This document shows positions 23,601 to 35,120 of a stretch of 64,000 nt of DNA, piece by piece. Position 1 is the first letter of the stretch. Every line of letters begins with the position of its first letter. Source of the DNA: Podospora anserina (taxonomy: Eukaryota). A program made the position numbers and the translations under genes. Location: the NCBI GenBank assembly GCA_017654855.1, contig CM030338.1, positions 3,286,001 through 3,350,000 on the forward strand, in the 5' to 3' direction. Under the pieces are notes generated by a model that worked only from the letters and a program-made list of their open reading frames with translations, did no database searches and had not been told where the DNA came from.

Positions 23601-26302
23601 TCTACCAGCTCGGCGTACATGTCCAGGTTGCCGGTGATTCTGGAGAGTCGACCGGACCGCCCCTCGCTGCTGATGAGACCACAGTTGGACATGTATGACC
23701 AAACCCGGCCGGGGACCACTGGTAGCAACGCATGGAGAAACTGGAGGGAGGCCGTCATCACCTTGAACTTGCCGGCATCCAGCTGAGTAGGATCCTCTTC
23801 AATCAAGCCATTCAGGATCCCACACACGACTTTGATGATGTCGTTGTTACGCGGGAGGCTGCTGCTGGTTTCTTGAAGAACCTTGATGGCGCTCTCTGTG
23901 TTTGGTTTGGGTGATCTACCCGTGCTCCTGAGAACTTCTGTCCGCAACACGACAGCCAGGAGGGATATCGCTTCCGCAAGGTCGTCCGTGGTAAGTTGCC
24001 CTAACCCGCTGTCCCACGCCCCGTCCGACAGGTATACCTCGAGGCGTTTCCCAAGCAGCGCCAGAGCCGAGTGTTCAAACTCGAGCTTGGCTACTCTGCC
24101 AACATCGGTGACGAACCGGCCATATGTTCCGCTCGGAATGGTGAATTTTTCTTGAGGCGCGACTTTCCTGAAGGATCGTGCGCTAAACAGGTCGATGTCC
24201 TCATCCACGCAGAATGAATTCGTATTTTCATCTTCATTCACCAGATGATATGATCGATCCCACATGGGATTCCACTCGATGGTCAGACTTGGTGTTCTGT
24301 AAAGCCATCCGACTATCTGCTCCGAGCTCTGCTTGTCGGACACCAGAGCTGCCAACAACGATCGACATATCTCGGTGAAGGGGATGAATTCGTATGGGTA
24401 TCTATTGTGCGACTGTTCGGTGTACTGTGTTCTCAAGAGCGGGTCTGTGAGCATCTGAGTGTATATGTCTAGCGCAGCCGAGTTGGGGACTTCTGAAGAG
24501 ATGTCCCAGTATGACTTGCTGCCAGACAACAGATACAGCAGACATGCAACAGGCTCAGTCTGGTAGCCCACAACGTGGAAAGTCCGCTTCAAGAGGTCTT
24601 CAAACACCACGCGTGAACGAGCACCAATCATCGGTCGAAAAGCAGCCGTCTCGCCATAGCCCAGACAGCTAATCATCTCGCTGATGATATTGTAGACATG
24701 GCCCCTCGAGGTAGCCACCATGGCCATTGTTTCGGCCACTTGCATGTCTCGCTCCAGGTTTGCAACTTCCAGAAAGGCGTCGTAGGGTGATTGCTCGATC
24801 GAGATCAAACTTCCGCCGGAATTTCGTCGCTGTCGCCCTTCTGGTAGTGTAGGAGCCGCGATGGCCTCTGATTCGAACGTGCCTCTGGCCCTTTGGTTGT
24901 TGATCAAATCCCTCCGCTCGGCTCTATCCTGGTAGCCGACGTGCATCTGGTGAATGATCAAGGACCACGCAAAGGCAAGCGGAACAGCCATTGGTACACC
25001 AACACTGGTAGCCGCCTGGAGGATGTCATGGATTTGTTTTAGAAGCTCGGCCGAGTTGAGGTAGGGCTCTTCACCATCCACTAGCACCTCACTCCGATCG
25101 ACATCGTCTGGGGGCGACAGGTACAAAAGCGCACGGTCGATATTGAGAAACTTGAGTGAAATGACAGTCATTAAGCTCCGAACAGGGAGGACCAGCTCGG
25201 CAAGCATATCATGTTGTTCAAGAATCGGCATGATGGGCTCCAGGAATCGGTAGTTATCCATGAGGGTAAACCATTGCGCAACAAGTTCCGGAGAATGGAA
25301 TTGTGGGCCTTCAAGATCCATGATCTGAAATGCCACCGACATGGCGTGGATAACTTCGGTGATGGATGTCCGACTCCAATCCAACTCGATCTGGGAGGTC
25401 AAGACCGTCTTCTCGAGCTCCCGTGGACCCTTTTCCACCTCCTCGACCAACTCGGGAAGAACTGCAAAATAGGTGGGTGCCATGGCTTTGAGGAGCGATG
25501 GGTCGGCAACTTGGAAGTCGCGGTCATCCCAGTTGAAGGCAGTCTTCATAATGTCCTGCCGTAACTCGTCTGCCGCTGGCGTTCTATTACGGGGTCGCGA
25601 ATGTAGCAAAAAGGTTGTAAAGGCATCAGCCGAGGCGAAGAAAGACCGTCTTTCGGTTAGAAACGTCGTGATAAGGCGCTGGCGACGTTTCGTCTCGCTT
25701 TCGAACTCGGCCCAGTTTGCTTCGGCATCCACCACTGCCACCACGTTGAGACTAGAAAGGAAGCTCGAGGCCTGGGCATCGCTGACACCGGCAGCTTCCC
25801 GAATGTTGGCGGCATCCTGTGTTGAGAAGGGTCCGGTAAGATGGCTGTGGGCGCGCGACTGATATTCCACCACCACAATGCGCAGCGCAGCCACCTCGTT
25901 GACATTCGCATTCTTGCTTAGCCATGTTGCGTCCTCCTTGATCTGCTTCAGGTCGTAGGGGTCCTTTGGTGATGGTACAACATTAATGGCGCCCGTCCTG
26001 GTTTGGAAATCGAGCTTGGACTGGTTCGTTGGGGGACTAAATGGCTTGGTGGGCTCTTTTAATAGCTGATGGACGAAGCCATCTCGAAGAAAATCCGATA
26101 CGGCAGTGCTGGTCAGTCGGTCGCTATTCGAATCTTCGAGGGCGGATGCGACAAGTCTCCATGAGCTACAGAGCCGGGGGGCGCGAGGTTAGAAGAAAGG
26201 CAACAAGCATTAGGGGGAAGCGCAAACTTACAGAAGAGGAGCCCTGCCCTTCAAGCAGTCCTCGAGGGGGGGGAAGTATGTTTTGTCAGTTGGGGCAGCC
26301 AT
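20616..26302 (-). CDS. NUP188: Nucleoporin Nup188; exons 26302-26232, 26165-22064, 22010-20616 (1855 aa)
   Basis: Large helical protein starting MAAPTDKTYFPPLEDCL..LLSWR..TGAINV and containing EVAALRIVVVEYQSR, RYPYEF, GTYGRFV and NLNLSLVEAEV, recognised as fungal Nup188. Introns 26231-26166 and 22063-22011. Confidence 0.85.
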
Positions 26303-26806
26303 TGGTGCTGCTCTCCATTCGTTTGTCGACTCTGCCGCCAATGACCAGCAATATGCGATGCCCCGAGCGTGGTCCAAGTATTCGCGATGATGAGCCGACA
26401 GAGGAGATGGTCGGTGGTGTTGGTGGTGGAGCTATCGGCAAGTGGTGGTTTGTTTGGTTTCGGGATCGCAAAAAGTTGAATTTACTTTGGACGCGCTTCT
26501 GCAGTTGGCAGCTCAGACGCGGGCCGCAATTGCAGAGCTCCCATATCATGGATCTTCCAGCGGTTGCCAACCCAACTCAGCCCGCTATTTTTCAGCCAAG
26601 GGGGTCCACCAGTGCTTCCAAGCTTCTTATCGATAAGCTGGGGCCCTGTGCCTGGCTTAGCGTCTGTTTTGGAACCCATAAACGCACGGATCATTGCCTT
26701 TATGGTCCATCGGGGCCTTTTCCGAAAGCTGCCGTGAATTGAAGTGAATGTCCAGAAGTCCAGAGTGCTGCTCCCTTGTAAGAGACACATTCAACCAAGA
26801 GAGGGG

Positions 26807-26813
26807 TGACTCA
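26807..26813. promoter_or_regulatory. Perfect CPC-1/Gcn4 response element TGACTCA in the shared NUP188/TRP1 promoter
   Basis: ggggTGACTCActac about 146 bp upstream of the TRP1 ATG. Amino-acid biosynthetic genes are established cross-pathway-control targets. Confidence 0.7.
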
Positions 26814-26958
26814 CTACATTTTTCAAGACACTTGATACCATCGTCGCCAGAGCCTTCCAGAGTCTTTGAGAAAGACTATACACCCCTTGAGAACCCAAAA
26901 GTCTGACGTCCCTTGTACCAGCCTCAGCTGCCGAGTTCGGGGCCAAAAACAAATCAAA

Positions 26959-29282
26959 ATGCCTGCCATTATCGATCACTCACCCCACCATCCCGATCCG
27001 TCTCCCCTCGTTCCGACGGCGTCCAACCTAATCCTCATCGACAACTACGACTCCTTTACCTGGAATGTCTATCAGTATCTTGTTCTGGAGGGCGCCAAAG
27101 TGACCGTCTTCAGAAACGACCAGATCACTCTTGAAGAGCTCATTGCCAAGAAGCCAACACAACTGGTCATCAGCCCCGGTCCCGGCCATCCAGGTACAGA
27201 CTCGGGTATCAGCCGTGATGCTATCAAACACTTTGCTGGCAAGGTGCCCATCTTTGGTGTTTGCATGGGGCAGTAAGTCTGGCCAAAAGTCTGCTCTTTC
27301 AAAGCATTCATTAACACGTCTTCAGGCAATGCATGATTGACCTGTACGGTGGAGAAGTGAGCTTTGCTGGTGAGATTTTGCATGGCAAGACCTCACCCCT
27401 TTGTCACGATGGAAAAGGTGTCTATGCTGGCCTGGCCCAGGACCTGCCAGTAACACGTTATCACTCCCTCGCCGGCACTCACGTTACTCTTCCAAAATGC
27501 CTCCAGGTCACCTCCTGGATCGCCAATCAAGATGGGTCCAAGGGTGTCATCATGGGTGTTCGCCACACAGAGTACACTATCGAGGGTGTGCAATTCCACC
27601 CAGAAAGTATCCTGTCTGCCGATGGCCGCCTCATGCTCAAGAACTTTTTGTACATGCAGGGGGGCACTTGGGCTGAGAATGAGCAGTTGCAAAAGGCTTC
27701 CCAAGAGTCCAAGATTGTCCCGAAAAAGGCCACTCCAGCCAAGAACAACATCCTTCAAAAGATCTACGCTCACCGTAAGGAGGCCGTGGCCGCCCAGAAG
27801 CAGATTCCCTCACAAAGACCATCCGACTTGCAAGCGGCGTACAACCTCAACCTCGCCCCTCCTCAGATCTCCCTCGTCGACCGTCTTCGTCAGTCCCCAT
27901 TCGATGTAGCTTTGGCGGCAGAGATTAAGAGAGGGTCACCATCCAAGGGCATCTTTGCTCTCGATATCGACGCCCCAACCCAGGCCCGCAGATACGCTCT
28001 TGCCGGAGCCAGTGTCATTTCCGTTCTCACCGAGCCAGAGTGGTTCAAGGGCAGCATTGAAGACCTCCGCGCTGTGCGCCAAGTACTCAATGGCATGCCC
28101 AACCGCCCGGCTGTTCTCCGAAAGGAGTTCATTTTTGAGGAGTACCAGATTTTGGAAGCCCGGCTGGCAGGTGCCGATACTGTGCTTCTCATTGTCAAGA
28201 TGTTGGAGACCGACCTTCTCGAGCGTCTGTACAAGTACTCGCTCTCACTCGGCATGGAACCATTAGTAGAGGTACAAAACGCCGAAGAGATGACCATTGC
28301 CATCAAGCTTGGTGCCAAGGTCATTGGTGTCAACAACCGCAACCTGGAGAATTTCGAGGTCGATCTTGGAACCACGGGGCGCTTGAAGGAAATGGTGCCC
28401 AAGGACACATTCTTGCTCGCTCTCAGCGGCATCAACAGCCACCAGGATGTTCTCGATTGCAAGAGGGATGGTATCAACGGCATTCTTGTTGGCGAGGCCA
28501 TCATGCGCGCTCCCGACGCGTCCAAGTTTATCAGGGAGCTTTGTGCTGGTCCTGAGGCGGCTGCTCCTCAGAGTGTTACCAACCCTATGCTTGTCAAAAT
28601 CTGCGGCACCCGCTCTGCCGAGGCGGCCACGGAAGCTATCAAGGCTGGTGCTGACCTTGTGGGCATGATTCTTGTGCCTGGCACGAAACGGTGTGTTTCT
28701 GATGAAACGGCCCTGGCCATCTCGAAGGCTGTTCATGATGCGCAGACCACTGCTGGTGAGGCGGTTAAACTCCCCAAGTCAGCCACGGACTTCTTTTCTG
28801 TTTCGGCTGAGCTCCTGAGGAAACACCGCCCTCTTCTTGTAGGTGTGTTTATGAACCAGCCCCTGGAGGAAGTGCTCGAGAAGCAGAGGCTGTACAACCT
28901 TGATATCGTCCAACTTCACGGTGACGAGCCACTTGAGTGGGCGTCCCTTATCCCGGTACCAGTCATCCGGAAGTTCAAGCCTGGGCAGGTTGGCGTTGGA
29001 GTGAGGGGGTACCACGCTGTTTCACTCCTGGATTCTGGCGCTGGCACAGGCAAGTTGCTTGATGTTGAGAGTGTCAAGGCCGAGTTGGAGAAGGATGCTG
29101 AGTTGCAGGTGTTGTTGGCTGGTGGTCTGGAGCCAGGGAACGTGACCGAGTCTGTGAAGGCCTTGGGTGCGTTGGGCGGGCAGGTTATTGGTGTTGATGT
29201 TAGCAGTGGGGTAGAGGAGGATGGGAAGCAGAGCTTGGAAAAGATTAGGGCTTTTGTCAAGGCTGCGAAGGCTATTCGGTAG
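26959..29282 (+). CDS. TRP1: Trifunctional tryptophan biosynthesis protein (anthranilate synthase component II / IGPS / PRAI); exons 26959-27272, 27326-29282 (756 aa)
   Basis: [26 protein letters not shown] and GVQFHPESI (GATase); [11 protein letters not shown] and LRKEFI (IGPS); VKICG, VQLHG and GVDVSSGVE (PRAI). Confidence 0.97.
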
Positions 29283-30693
29283 AGGTTGATGGGCGGTGTT
29301 GTGGGATCATAGATGAGTATTCTTGATAGAGTTGGTGGTCATTATGTATAGGGTGATTTGCTCATTTTACTGTGAGGGGGTTGATGGACTACTTGTTTTG
29401 TTATTCACATCCTAAAATCACTTAACTGTTTCGTCCGAAGTGCTGCTGTCATACAAGTCTTTTTGTGATTGCTCAGACGACACTCTGTCCTCAACACCAT
29501 CTGAGAGGGAGGTTAGTACCAAGAACGTGACGCAACTGGTGAAGGTGGTGTGATTAGCGAGCTGGAACTTTACTTCATGTTCGGCGTTATCGTGGTAATA
29601 GTCGTGGTGATAGTCGTATTTATAGTCGTCAAGCTCCACAGCGTTCATTACCGTAGAAGTCGAAAACCCAGGTCCAAGTATGAGTCGGATTCGTGGTAGT
29701 CGGAAGAGTAAAAGCCTAACCGTCTGAAGTCTTCGGCATGTTCTTGTTCGGACGAGACCTTTTTGCGCCTACCCTTCCCTGTGATAGTTCTCAAGGCAGC
29801 TCGGACGAACAATGTTCCCGTTGGGTTTTATGCTCTTGTAGTAGCTCGGACGAAGCAACAACTAAAGTGCTGAAGTTAGTTAGGAAAAGAGGTTATTACT
29901 AATTGAGTATATCACCGCCATCTCGGACGAACACTATTAATATTAGTCTTGGAGCTGTCGAAGTAGCCTACATAAAGATAGCACCTGAATTCCTGTAGTT
30001 ATTGGGATAAGTTTTCACAGAACAAGATTCCTGGATATGCTTCGGGACGAAATTCCATTATCGAATCACTCCCCTTTGGGTTATCAAACTCTCCTCCTCA
30101 CAGCACCACACCCGAAAAAACCGTCCGAGCTCGTTCATAGACGGAAATCTGTGTACCTGACATTGAACAGCTTTATCAAGTATGTAAATAAACCTAGAGT
30201 AAGGGGTGGATCCCATTGGCTTACAGCCCCATTGTATAGGTATTTTCCCTGATATATGGAAAGGGTATATATGTTTCTTTCAGTCGGAGAATGCCTTTCT
30301 GTTGTCTAGTTTCGTATGTATACATAAGAACTTGTCAAAAGGCTCTCATATCATTGACACAGCTAATTCATTCACATCATTTACGCCTTGAAATGGGACT
30401 TTATATACGACTTATAACACCTAGGCACCTTCACGTTGTATAACAAGGTAGATCAACATAAAGCGACCGCGTTATATTTGATACGGAAGGTGCACGATCA
30501 TGTAACTATATGGTGTACACTGGGAAGTGAAAGATAAATGAACGCATAGAAAGATAAAAACAGCGTATAGAAAGGAAAGTACATGCATAGTTGGGTAAAA
30601 GCAAGGTATAGAACCATGATAGCAACATTTAAATGAAATAGATGAACGCATACAACAATAAAACCTCCCCTCGGTATACGAACTTAACGCCTC

Positions 30694-30717
30694 TTTTTTT
30701 TTTTTTTTTTTTTTTTT
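30694..30717. repeat. Poly-T24 tract (poly-A on the BRCT-gene sense strand, ~50 nt after its stop)
   Basis: 24 consecutive T. Confidence 0.9.
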
Positions 30718-30766
30718 CATGCTTTCTCTGTCTTCTCATAATACCCCCAATTCCCATTCCCATCCT

Positions 30767-32201
30767 CTATTCCCTCCCATCCGGCCCCCCACTGCGCTCC
30801 ACCTCTCCCTCCTTCTCCTTGGGGATATACTCCTCCGGAACCCACCCAACTGGCTTCCCACCCCCAGGAGGAGAGTACGTAAACCACCCCTTTTCCACCC
30901 CCTCCCCCTCCCCCGCCTTCCCATCATCTTCCTCCTTCCCCTTCCCCTTCCTCTTACTTCCCGCACCTGACTTCCCCTCACCACAGAACAGCAACCTCTT
31001 CCGCCACTCCACCCCCGTCTTCTTGTGGAAGAACTCAATAAAGTGAGTGTACTCTGTCCAAAAGAGCTGCGGCGTCTCCGAGGGACGGTAATACTTGGGA
31101 AAGGTGTCGGTGCTGGACTTGGAGTACTTGGCGCAAAAGAAGTAGAGGGGGGGTTGGGCTAGGGATTCGTAGAGCTGACGTGTGGAAATTAGTGTACGTA
31201 GAGGGGTAGTGAGGAGGGAGTGAACAGGCTTACCGTAAGTGTGTACTTCTCCCCGCGGTCAACTCTGGCCGTCTTGGTGGGTGTCTCTGGTTCAGCCTCA
31301 ATGTCCATCTCAACATCCTCAGGGTCAACTTCGTCTTGAGATTCAGGGGTAACAGTCGTGAGAGTAGGCAGCTGACGATAAGCCAGCTGCAAATCCATGG
31401 GTGTGCGATACTTGGGCTGAGCATCCAGCTCAGGGCCATCCTCAAAGATGACCACAGGATGGTGGAAAGAGAAACCCGGTTCTTTTTCTGTCGGTGTCTG
31501 ATTCTCTGATCCCACTTCTGCCTTTGTCTCAACCTCAGAGTCTAGATCTGACACCCCCTTAGACAAAGCCGGAAGCTGCAGCTTCACCGGCGTCGTCTCC
31601 GGCGTTGGCCCCTGAACAGCATTCGACTCCCGAAACAACTCAACCTCATACCGGTAAAATGTCCCATCCGTGTAAACCCGGTATAAATCTAAATATCATC
31701 ACGTCAGTCCCCTCCCACCCCGACCAACGAAAAAGGGGGCATCCAAAACTCACTAGTATTAACCGCCCTCTCCCCCAACACCCTCCCCATCTCAACCCTC
31801 CTCTCCCTCCTAACCCTCTCCCCCTCCCTCCTCACCCCCTCCCGCAAGTCATACTCCCCCCCCTTCACCGCCGGCAAGACCTTCCTGTTGATCATGCTAA
31901 ACTCCAACCACTCCAACGGCACAATCTGAATCCTCTTGTTCCTCAACGCCTCCACCGCCCTCGGAGACCTCGACCTCAGCTCATCCTCGTCCGTCACAAA
32001 ATGAGTGACGTCCCTCGTGATGGTAGCTCCTTTATGATACCGCCCGCCCCGGAGCGTGATCCAGCGGTTGAGGTTGGTGTCGTTCCAGTGGGTGTTGGGG
32101 TTGTTCTTGAAGGACCCGCAGACAGCGATGGTGAACTTGGCAAACATGCCCTTTTCCTTAAAGGTGAGGTCTTTGACCTTGAAGCGGATACCGCGGGGCA
32201 T
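30767..32201 (-). CDS. BRCT-domain protein with C-terminal WGR-like domain; exons 32201-31754, 31688-31234, 31174-30767 (436 aa)
   Basis: BRCT-like WITLRGG..DVTHFV..IVPLEWLEFS. After introns 31753-31689 and 31233-31175 the frame reads YRVYTDGTFYRYEVELFR..EKYTLTLYES..FIEFFHKKTGVEWRKR, which is WGR-like. Confidence 0.75.
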
Positions 32202-33392
32202 GATGATGAGCTTGTGTATGTGTATCTTGTGTGAGATGTCGAAATGTGTTGGGGGTTCTGGTCGAGGTTCAGACCATGGACGTGGATCAAAGTGTGATGC
32301 TTGGTAGAAGTCGCCGAGGATATTTGGAATCTGGGGAAGATATTCATAAATATGGATGGAGGAACGAGAGTGATTCGATAAGAGAGGGAGAAAAGTTTGA
32401 GGGGATGATATCTTATCGTGCTGACTTTTTTGTCTGCTCCTTCCCAGATATTCATGGCGTAGAAGGGATGGAATGGACTGTGGTGTAGTTTGATCAAGGT
32501 ATGGTGTAAGTTCTGAAGCTGGTACGTGGGCGAAGCTCTCAAAGATATGTAAGTTGGGATGAGTAGGTCTCGATATGTCAAGAGGAACAGTGCTGGTAGG
32601 AATAGGGGTCAGTAAAGACTGTCAGAGACTGCTGAATCATAATCTTCTGTGCTCCGGGATGGCTTCGTCAGCTTGCTGCCTTTAAGAGCAGAGAAGATAA
32701 TAATGTGTCCTTGGACCGAACGGGTGTGGACAAAACTCGCAGAGACTTGCCAGGAAATTGCCACAAAAAAGGTGAGCTGCCCCTTATCGTGATGGCTTCG
32801 CTGGTTTGCTCTTTCCTCAAGACGACGATAGATCGGATGAAGGAAATCTGAAAGATGCCGCCAGTATGTGAGGTCTCGAAAGATAGTCAACAGATGTCAA
32901 AGAAGAATAAGTAGGCGTGTAAATTGTATTAGAATGCATAATAGGATATCTCGAATACCTATCGACGACCTCCTCGACCGGTCACCATCTCAGGGACTCT
33001 GTTGTGAACAGACGAATGAGTGAATGTCTGTCCGTCGGTAGCTTCTGCTTCGGTCAAGCGGGATTGATGGTAAATAGTGTGAGTAAGAATGCTGGAATGA
33101 TGTGGTACAGGTGAAGTTGTGGATGAGGATCGAAAAGACTTGAGATAATGATCTCAGAATATCGTCAACCTCGAAGTAAAAGAGGCCGCTCCTTCCTGCC
33201 CAGGTCGATTACCCTGCCTTGTTGAGAAATAAGATGACGTTGGCTTTAATACTTGGAATGGCGAGAACGGGCTGCTACCAGAGACGGAGGGCGCGATCGA
33301 GTATAGCCCATCAAGACGCCATATAAAAGATGCTAACCAAAGACACCAAACAGATATCATGAATGCGCCCTCTCATATCTATGCCACAGGAA

Positions 33393-34481
33393 TTAAAACC
33401 TCAACTTGGGCATGACAAAAACCACCAAAACCAACACCACCATCAACCCATACACAATCGCATACAACCTCATCCTCCCCCACCACCCCTCCCCCTCCGT
33501 CATCCTCTGCAGCGTCGTCATCCTCCTCGTGACAGCATCCATCCCCTCCCCCGTCTTGTTCATCCCCTCCCCCGCCTTCTCCACCACCTCCTTATCCTCT
33601 TCCAAACTCATCGAAAACGCCTGCGAGGATGCCTTAAGCTGGGATGCAAGCTGCAAAATAGACTCCGACAAGGCATCCTGCTCCGCCCGCTGGTGGTCAA
33701 GAATAGCTTCCGTCGTCGTCACCGCCGAGAGAGCAGTCGTAGGCGCAGACTTATTGTTCCTGTCCCCAAACAGCGCAGAAGAGGAAGATATCGCCGACGG
33801 CTTGTCCTCTTTCGTCGGCCCATCATCCCGACCCTTCCTCGGCCGAAGCTCAGCCTTCGTTTCCGTCGTTGATTGTGCAGCCGCTATCCCAGCCTGTAAA
33901 TTCTCCTGAGAAGGCGTATGCACCGGCGGCGGCGGTAGCCTCGGCAGCCTTGGCTCGCCCTGAAACTGCGGCGTCCCCAACACCCCATCATCATCATCAT
34001 CCTCATCCAGCTCCTCCTCATCCGTCGGTCTCGAAATGGAATCCTGACTCTCACTCGCACTCGGCGTAACAATGATATCAGCCAGAATATCCTCCCCTTC
34101 CGAAGTATCATCCTCATTCTCCTCCTCATTATCCCGCCTGCTCCCCACCTCAGCCAAATCAGCCAGCCGTTCCGCCAACTGCTCAAGCAACTCCCGTTTT
34201 CGCACGAGACCCCCCTGGAGATCCTGCCGGCGCGCATGGATCCTGATACCCAGGGTGTCTTGCTCGACCTTTGTGAGCAGCGACCGGGCATAAGTGATAT
34301 TGCGCAGCACCTTTTCTCTTTCAAACTCGCTCTCTTTGAGCCTGGCTTCCCGTTCGGCGTCGGCGTGGAGGATGGTGCGCTGGAGGCGGTTGAGCAGTAG
34401 GGTGAGGTCCGTCAGGGGATCGCTGCCGTTCTTGTTGGTAACTGGCGATGTCGCCGTCACTCCGGGTATGAATCGAACCAT
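33393..34481 (-). CDS. ER Qc-SNARE, USE1/Slt1-like, tail-anchored (362 aa)
   Basis: SNARE heptad region EAILDHQRAEQDALSESILQLASQLKASS, then a C-terminal TM YAIVYGLMVVLVLVVFVMPKLRF. Confidence 0.8.
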   Translation of the reverse strand: MVRFIPGVTATSPVTNKNGSDPLTDLTLLLNRLQRTILHADAEREARLKESEFEREKVLRNITYARSLLTKVEQDTLGIRIHARRQDLQGGLVRKRELLEQLAERLADLAEVGSRRDNEEENEDDTSEGEDILADIIVTPSASESQDSISRPTDEEELDEDDDDDGVLGTPQFQGEPRLPRLPPPPVHTPSQENLQAGIAAAQSTTETKAELRPRKGRDDGPTKEDKPSAISSSSALFGDRNNKSAPTTALSAVTTTEAILDHQRAEQDALSESILQLASQLKASSQAFSMSLEEDKEVVEKAGEGMNKTGEGMDAVTRRMTTLQRMTEGEGWWGRMRLYAIVYGLMVVLVLVVFVMPKLRF

Positions 34482-35120
34482 GGTGTCGGTTGGTGGGTGT
34501 GAAGTGGTTTGTTTCTAGGGTTGCAAAGTTGAAGGTGTCAGATGTCGAGGTTGGACAGTTGTTCGTTGCTGGCTGGCGAGCGCTGTATGGACACTTGGCG
34601 GAGCTCCCCAAGCTCCCGCTGCGGCCTGACATCACTCTGCGACGGCAACCCTAACCCTTGTCAGGGGGTACAACGTTGGTACGTATGCAGCAGCCAAAGA
34701 ACAACTTATACGACCACGTCCGTTAACGTTGATTAAGGAAGATTCAAAGAAGTCCGTAACCCCCATAGGATTAACCAATACTCGATATATAACAGTGTGT
34801 TGGACTTTCGTGGCGGTGAAATGCTAACGGATCAGTATCGTACGGTAAGCCAATAGAGGTTGACATGTGCCCAACCATAATCGTTAAGTATTTTTACCAA
34901 TCGTTCAACTCCTTCTGATGTTCAATCCATGTTGTAAGGTGTAGCTGGGTAAGACCTCTGTCATAGTATGGGATTTGTCTTCGGCGCCTTCCTTAAGGTA
35001 CCAGCATCAACATACGAGTCCCCTACTTGATACCATCCGTAGTGCTAGAACCCACATGAGAAGTAGCCTTCGCCTCCTGCCGCCTATGTAGACCCCCCGA
35101 GCCGATCACCGTAGTGACCG

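Noticed and set aside
29430..30130. CRISPR-like array interpretation of the TCGGACG cluster
   Set aside because: Repeats are only 7-10 bp, irregularly spaced and in both orientations; eukaryotic context with no cas genes.
30694..30717. Poly-A/T24 as a retroposition signature
   Set aside because: The adjacent gene keeps its introns and no target-site duplication is visible; more likely a simple homopolymer.
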